From the NCBI GenBank assembly GCA_002269645.1, contig NIVC01002991.1, positions 62,001 through 126,000 of the forward strand: DNA of 64,000 nt. Direction: 5' to 3'. The notes below the pieces were generated by a model that saw only the letters and a program-made list of their open reading frames with translations, had not been told where the DNA came from and did no database searches. How positions within the stretch are numbered: the first letter of the stretch is position 1; each line of letters opens with the position of its first letter. Made by a program: the position numbers and the translations under genes. The DNA comes from Macrostomum lignano (Eukaryota). This document shows, piece after piece, positions 61,960 through 64,000 of the stretch.

Positions 61960-62190
61960 TAAAACCTGAAGGACTGTAGGAGAGGGTAACTATAACCTGA
62001 AGGACTGTAGGAGAGGGTAACTATAACCTGAAGGACTGTAGGAGAGGGTAACTATAACCTGAAGGACTGTAGGAGAGGGTAACTATAACCTGAAGGACTG
62101 TAGGAGAGGGTAACTATAACCTGAAGGACTGTAGGAGAGGGCAACTATAACCTGAAGGACTGTAGGAGAGGGCAACTATAACCTGAAGGA
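61960..62190. repeat. 31-bp minisatellite in TFIP11 intron 1
   Basis: Unit AACTATAACCTGAAGGACTGTAGGAGAGGGT, with degenerate copies back to about 61800. Confidence 0.9.
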
Positions 62191-62330
62191 CGGTAAGCTG
62201 AAGGATTGAATGATACACCTGAAGCCTGAAGAACCAGAGGTAGCGTCGCGTGATTGAAGAAGGTCCGAGAATTGCAGGGAAACGGAGTTATAATTCACTC
62301 CACAATTGCATTGCAATAGACAGAACAAAC

Positions 62331-63184
62331 CTTGACTTTGGCGCCATTGTCTAGCACTGGCACGCCGCCTGGCGCTTTTTTTAGCTCCGTCCCGTAGAAT
62401 CTCTTCTCGTGTTTTTATGGCGTACCTTGGCTGCTGCTGCTGCTGACTTCGCTTGTAGCGGGCTGCAGCAGCAAGTGAGGCGGCTTTGGCGGTCGCGTCC
62501 GTCACCGTCTCTTCGTTGCCGCGCCTGGGCACCGGCGCCGATTGTTCGGGATAAAATCCCACAGCCTCTTTGCCTTTGCGCTTTGTAGCCTGAACGGGAG
62601 TGACAATACCAGCTAGGTCTTTGCCGAGGCCTTTGCCCTGCTTGTAGCCCATCTGCTCCAGCAGCTTCATGCCGATGCCGCGGGTGTGCCGCTCCCAGTG
62701 GCCGAAGCCCTGCTCCGCCTGGGCCTGCTGCTGCTGGCGCTGCCGATCATTGGCCGACTGTTTTGGCCGCTGCGGCTGCCTGCGCTCGCCTGGCGCTGCT
62801 CGATCAGCCGCACGCTCAGCATCTCCTCGTCGCTCTCATCCGTGATGTCGCCGCCGCCAGCTTCATCAGCCGCTGCTCCTCTTCCTCCTTCATCGTCATC
62901 ATCATCCATGGCCGACTGGCCGCCTTTGACGCCGCCGCTAACGAAACTGATGGGACCGCCGGCTCGGTCTCGGCCGGCTCCGCCGCCGCGGCGACGCCGG
63001 TTGCCGAAGCCGCGGCGATTGCCGAAGGCGTCATCGTCGTCCTCGTCTTCGGAGTCGCTGGCGAACACGCCCGCCCAAGCCTGCTTCTTGACATTCGGCG
63101 CCGCTGGGCCAGCGGGTCCATGGAATATTTCCAATCGGCCCCCGTCATGTCGAAGCGCTCCATCTCTTCTTCATCGTCATCCAT
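62331..63184 (-). CDS. TFIP11: TFIP11 exon 1 (N-terminal domain plus G-patch), frameshifted three times as assembled
   Basis: ATG 63184 [14 protein letters not shown]; G-patch [29 protein letters not shown]; donor AAG|GTTTGT 62330. Needs +1 at 63090, +1 at about 62823 and -1 in the T7 run 62376-62382 to give 855 nt (285 codons) and an about 820-aa protein. Confidence 0.8.
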
Positions 63185-63299
63185 TGTAGGTTGTGCGCTT
63201 GGGCGTTAGCGGCTGCTGGCTGCAATGTTCAGTGAGCGGGTAGGTGAGGGGTCAGCGAGTGCGCTCAAGTTCTCACCTGCGATATCTGAAACTCCAGTA

Positions 63300-63760
63300 A
63301 TTCTCCAGCCTAGAACTGAAATATAAATCTACGAAACCAGTAATCTCCAGACTAAAACTGTAATATGAATCTACAAAACCTGTAATATTGAATCTAAAAC
63401 TGTAATATGAATCTAGAAAACCTGTAATATCGAATATAAAATTAATATGAATCTACTAAAACTGTAATATCGATCTAAAACTGTAATATGATTGAATCTA
63501 CAAAACCAGTAATCTTCAGCCTAAAACAGTAATATGAATCTACAAAACCTGTAATATCAAACTCAAAACTGTAATATGAATCTAAAAAACCGGTAATCTC
63601 CAGCCTAAAACTATAATATGAATCTACAAAACCAGTAATCTTCAGCCTTAAACTGTAACATGAATCTACAAAACCGGTAATATCAAACTCAAAACTGTAA
63701 TATAAATCTCAAACCAGTAATCTCCAGCCCAAAAATGTAATTCTAGTCTAAAAAAACCAG
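63300..63760. repeat. Degenerate AT-rich tandem repeat upstream of TFIP11
   Basis: AAACTGTAATATGAATCTACAAAACC(A/T)GTAAT units. Confidence 0.8.
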
Positions 63761-64000
63761 TAGTAATAGCATCGAAGACTATTTCTTTACAGTCTTAAAG
63801 TCGTTACAGGGTGTAAAATCACTAAGGACTCGGATACATCTATCTAACGTTACAATCGGCCATATTAAAAAACTAGAAAAATATTAAGTTTATTATTTAC
63901 TTTCTAATCGTAGTAAGAAACTGTATAAATGCAATGTATTTGACTTTAAAACAATATACATGCAGCATAAAATCAACTGATCAGAATGCCACAAGTTGAG

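Noticed and set aside
62376-63091. Programmed ribosomal frameshifting in TFIP11
   Set aside because: Three shifts of mixed direction, only one at a slippery-looking run, and no precedent for this gene; indel error is simpler.

Overview
Eukaryotic (metazoan) genomic DNA with spliceosomal GT-AG introns. The style (GC-rich poly-Ala/poly-Gln exons, few introns, minisatellites in introns and intergenic DNA) suggests a flatworm such as Macrostomum; this is inference only. Six protein genes are recognisable: the last coding exon of a Rap2-type GTPase (+, 42-456); two Otx/orthodenticle K50 homeobox paralogs arranged tail-to-tail (Otx-A +, 32055-35081; Otx-B -, 38294-37111); an SMAP1/2-type ArfGAP (-, 53156-50676); ropporin-1-like (+, 55835-57605); and TFIP11/Ntr1 (-, 63184-59415), whose exon 1 carries three single-base frameshifts at homopolymers. 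Roughly a third or more of the window is about 30 different tandem-repeat arrays, which generate most of the long ORFs in the track. There is also a tRNA-derived CORE-type SINE, a second SINE tail fragment and a 191-bp hAT-like MITE with an 8-bp TSD. The most striking system is the Otx pair. Exon 2 (homeobox to stop) is almost identical between the copies, and the identity runs exactly from splice acceptor to stop codon, while exon 1 is deeply diverged and the introns and UTRs show no similarity by eye. This suggests exon-bounded gene conversion between palindrome arms. Both genes are flanked by clusters of the K50 site TAATCC, including a 19-bp minisatellite carrying 26 perfect copies upstream of Otx-B. 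All alignments and counts were done by eye, and repeat boundaries are approximate.
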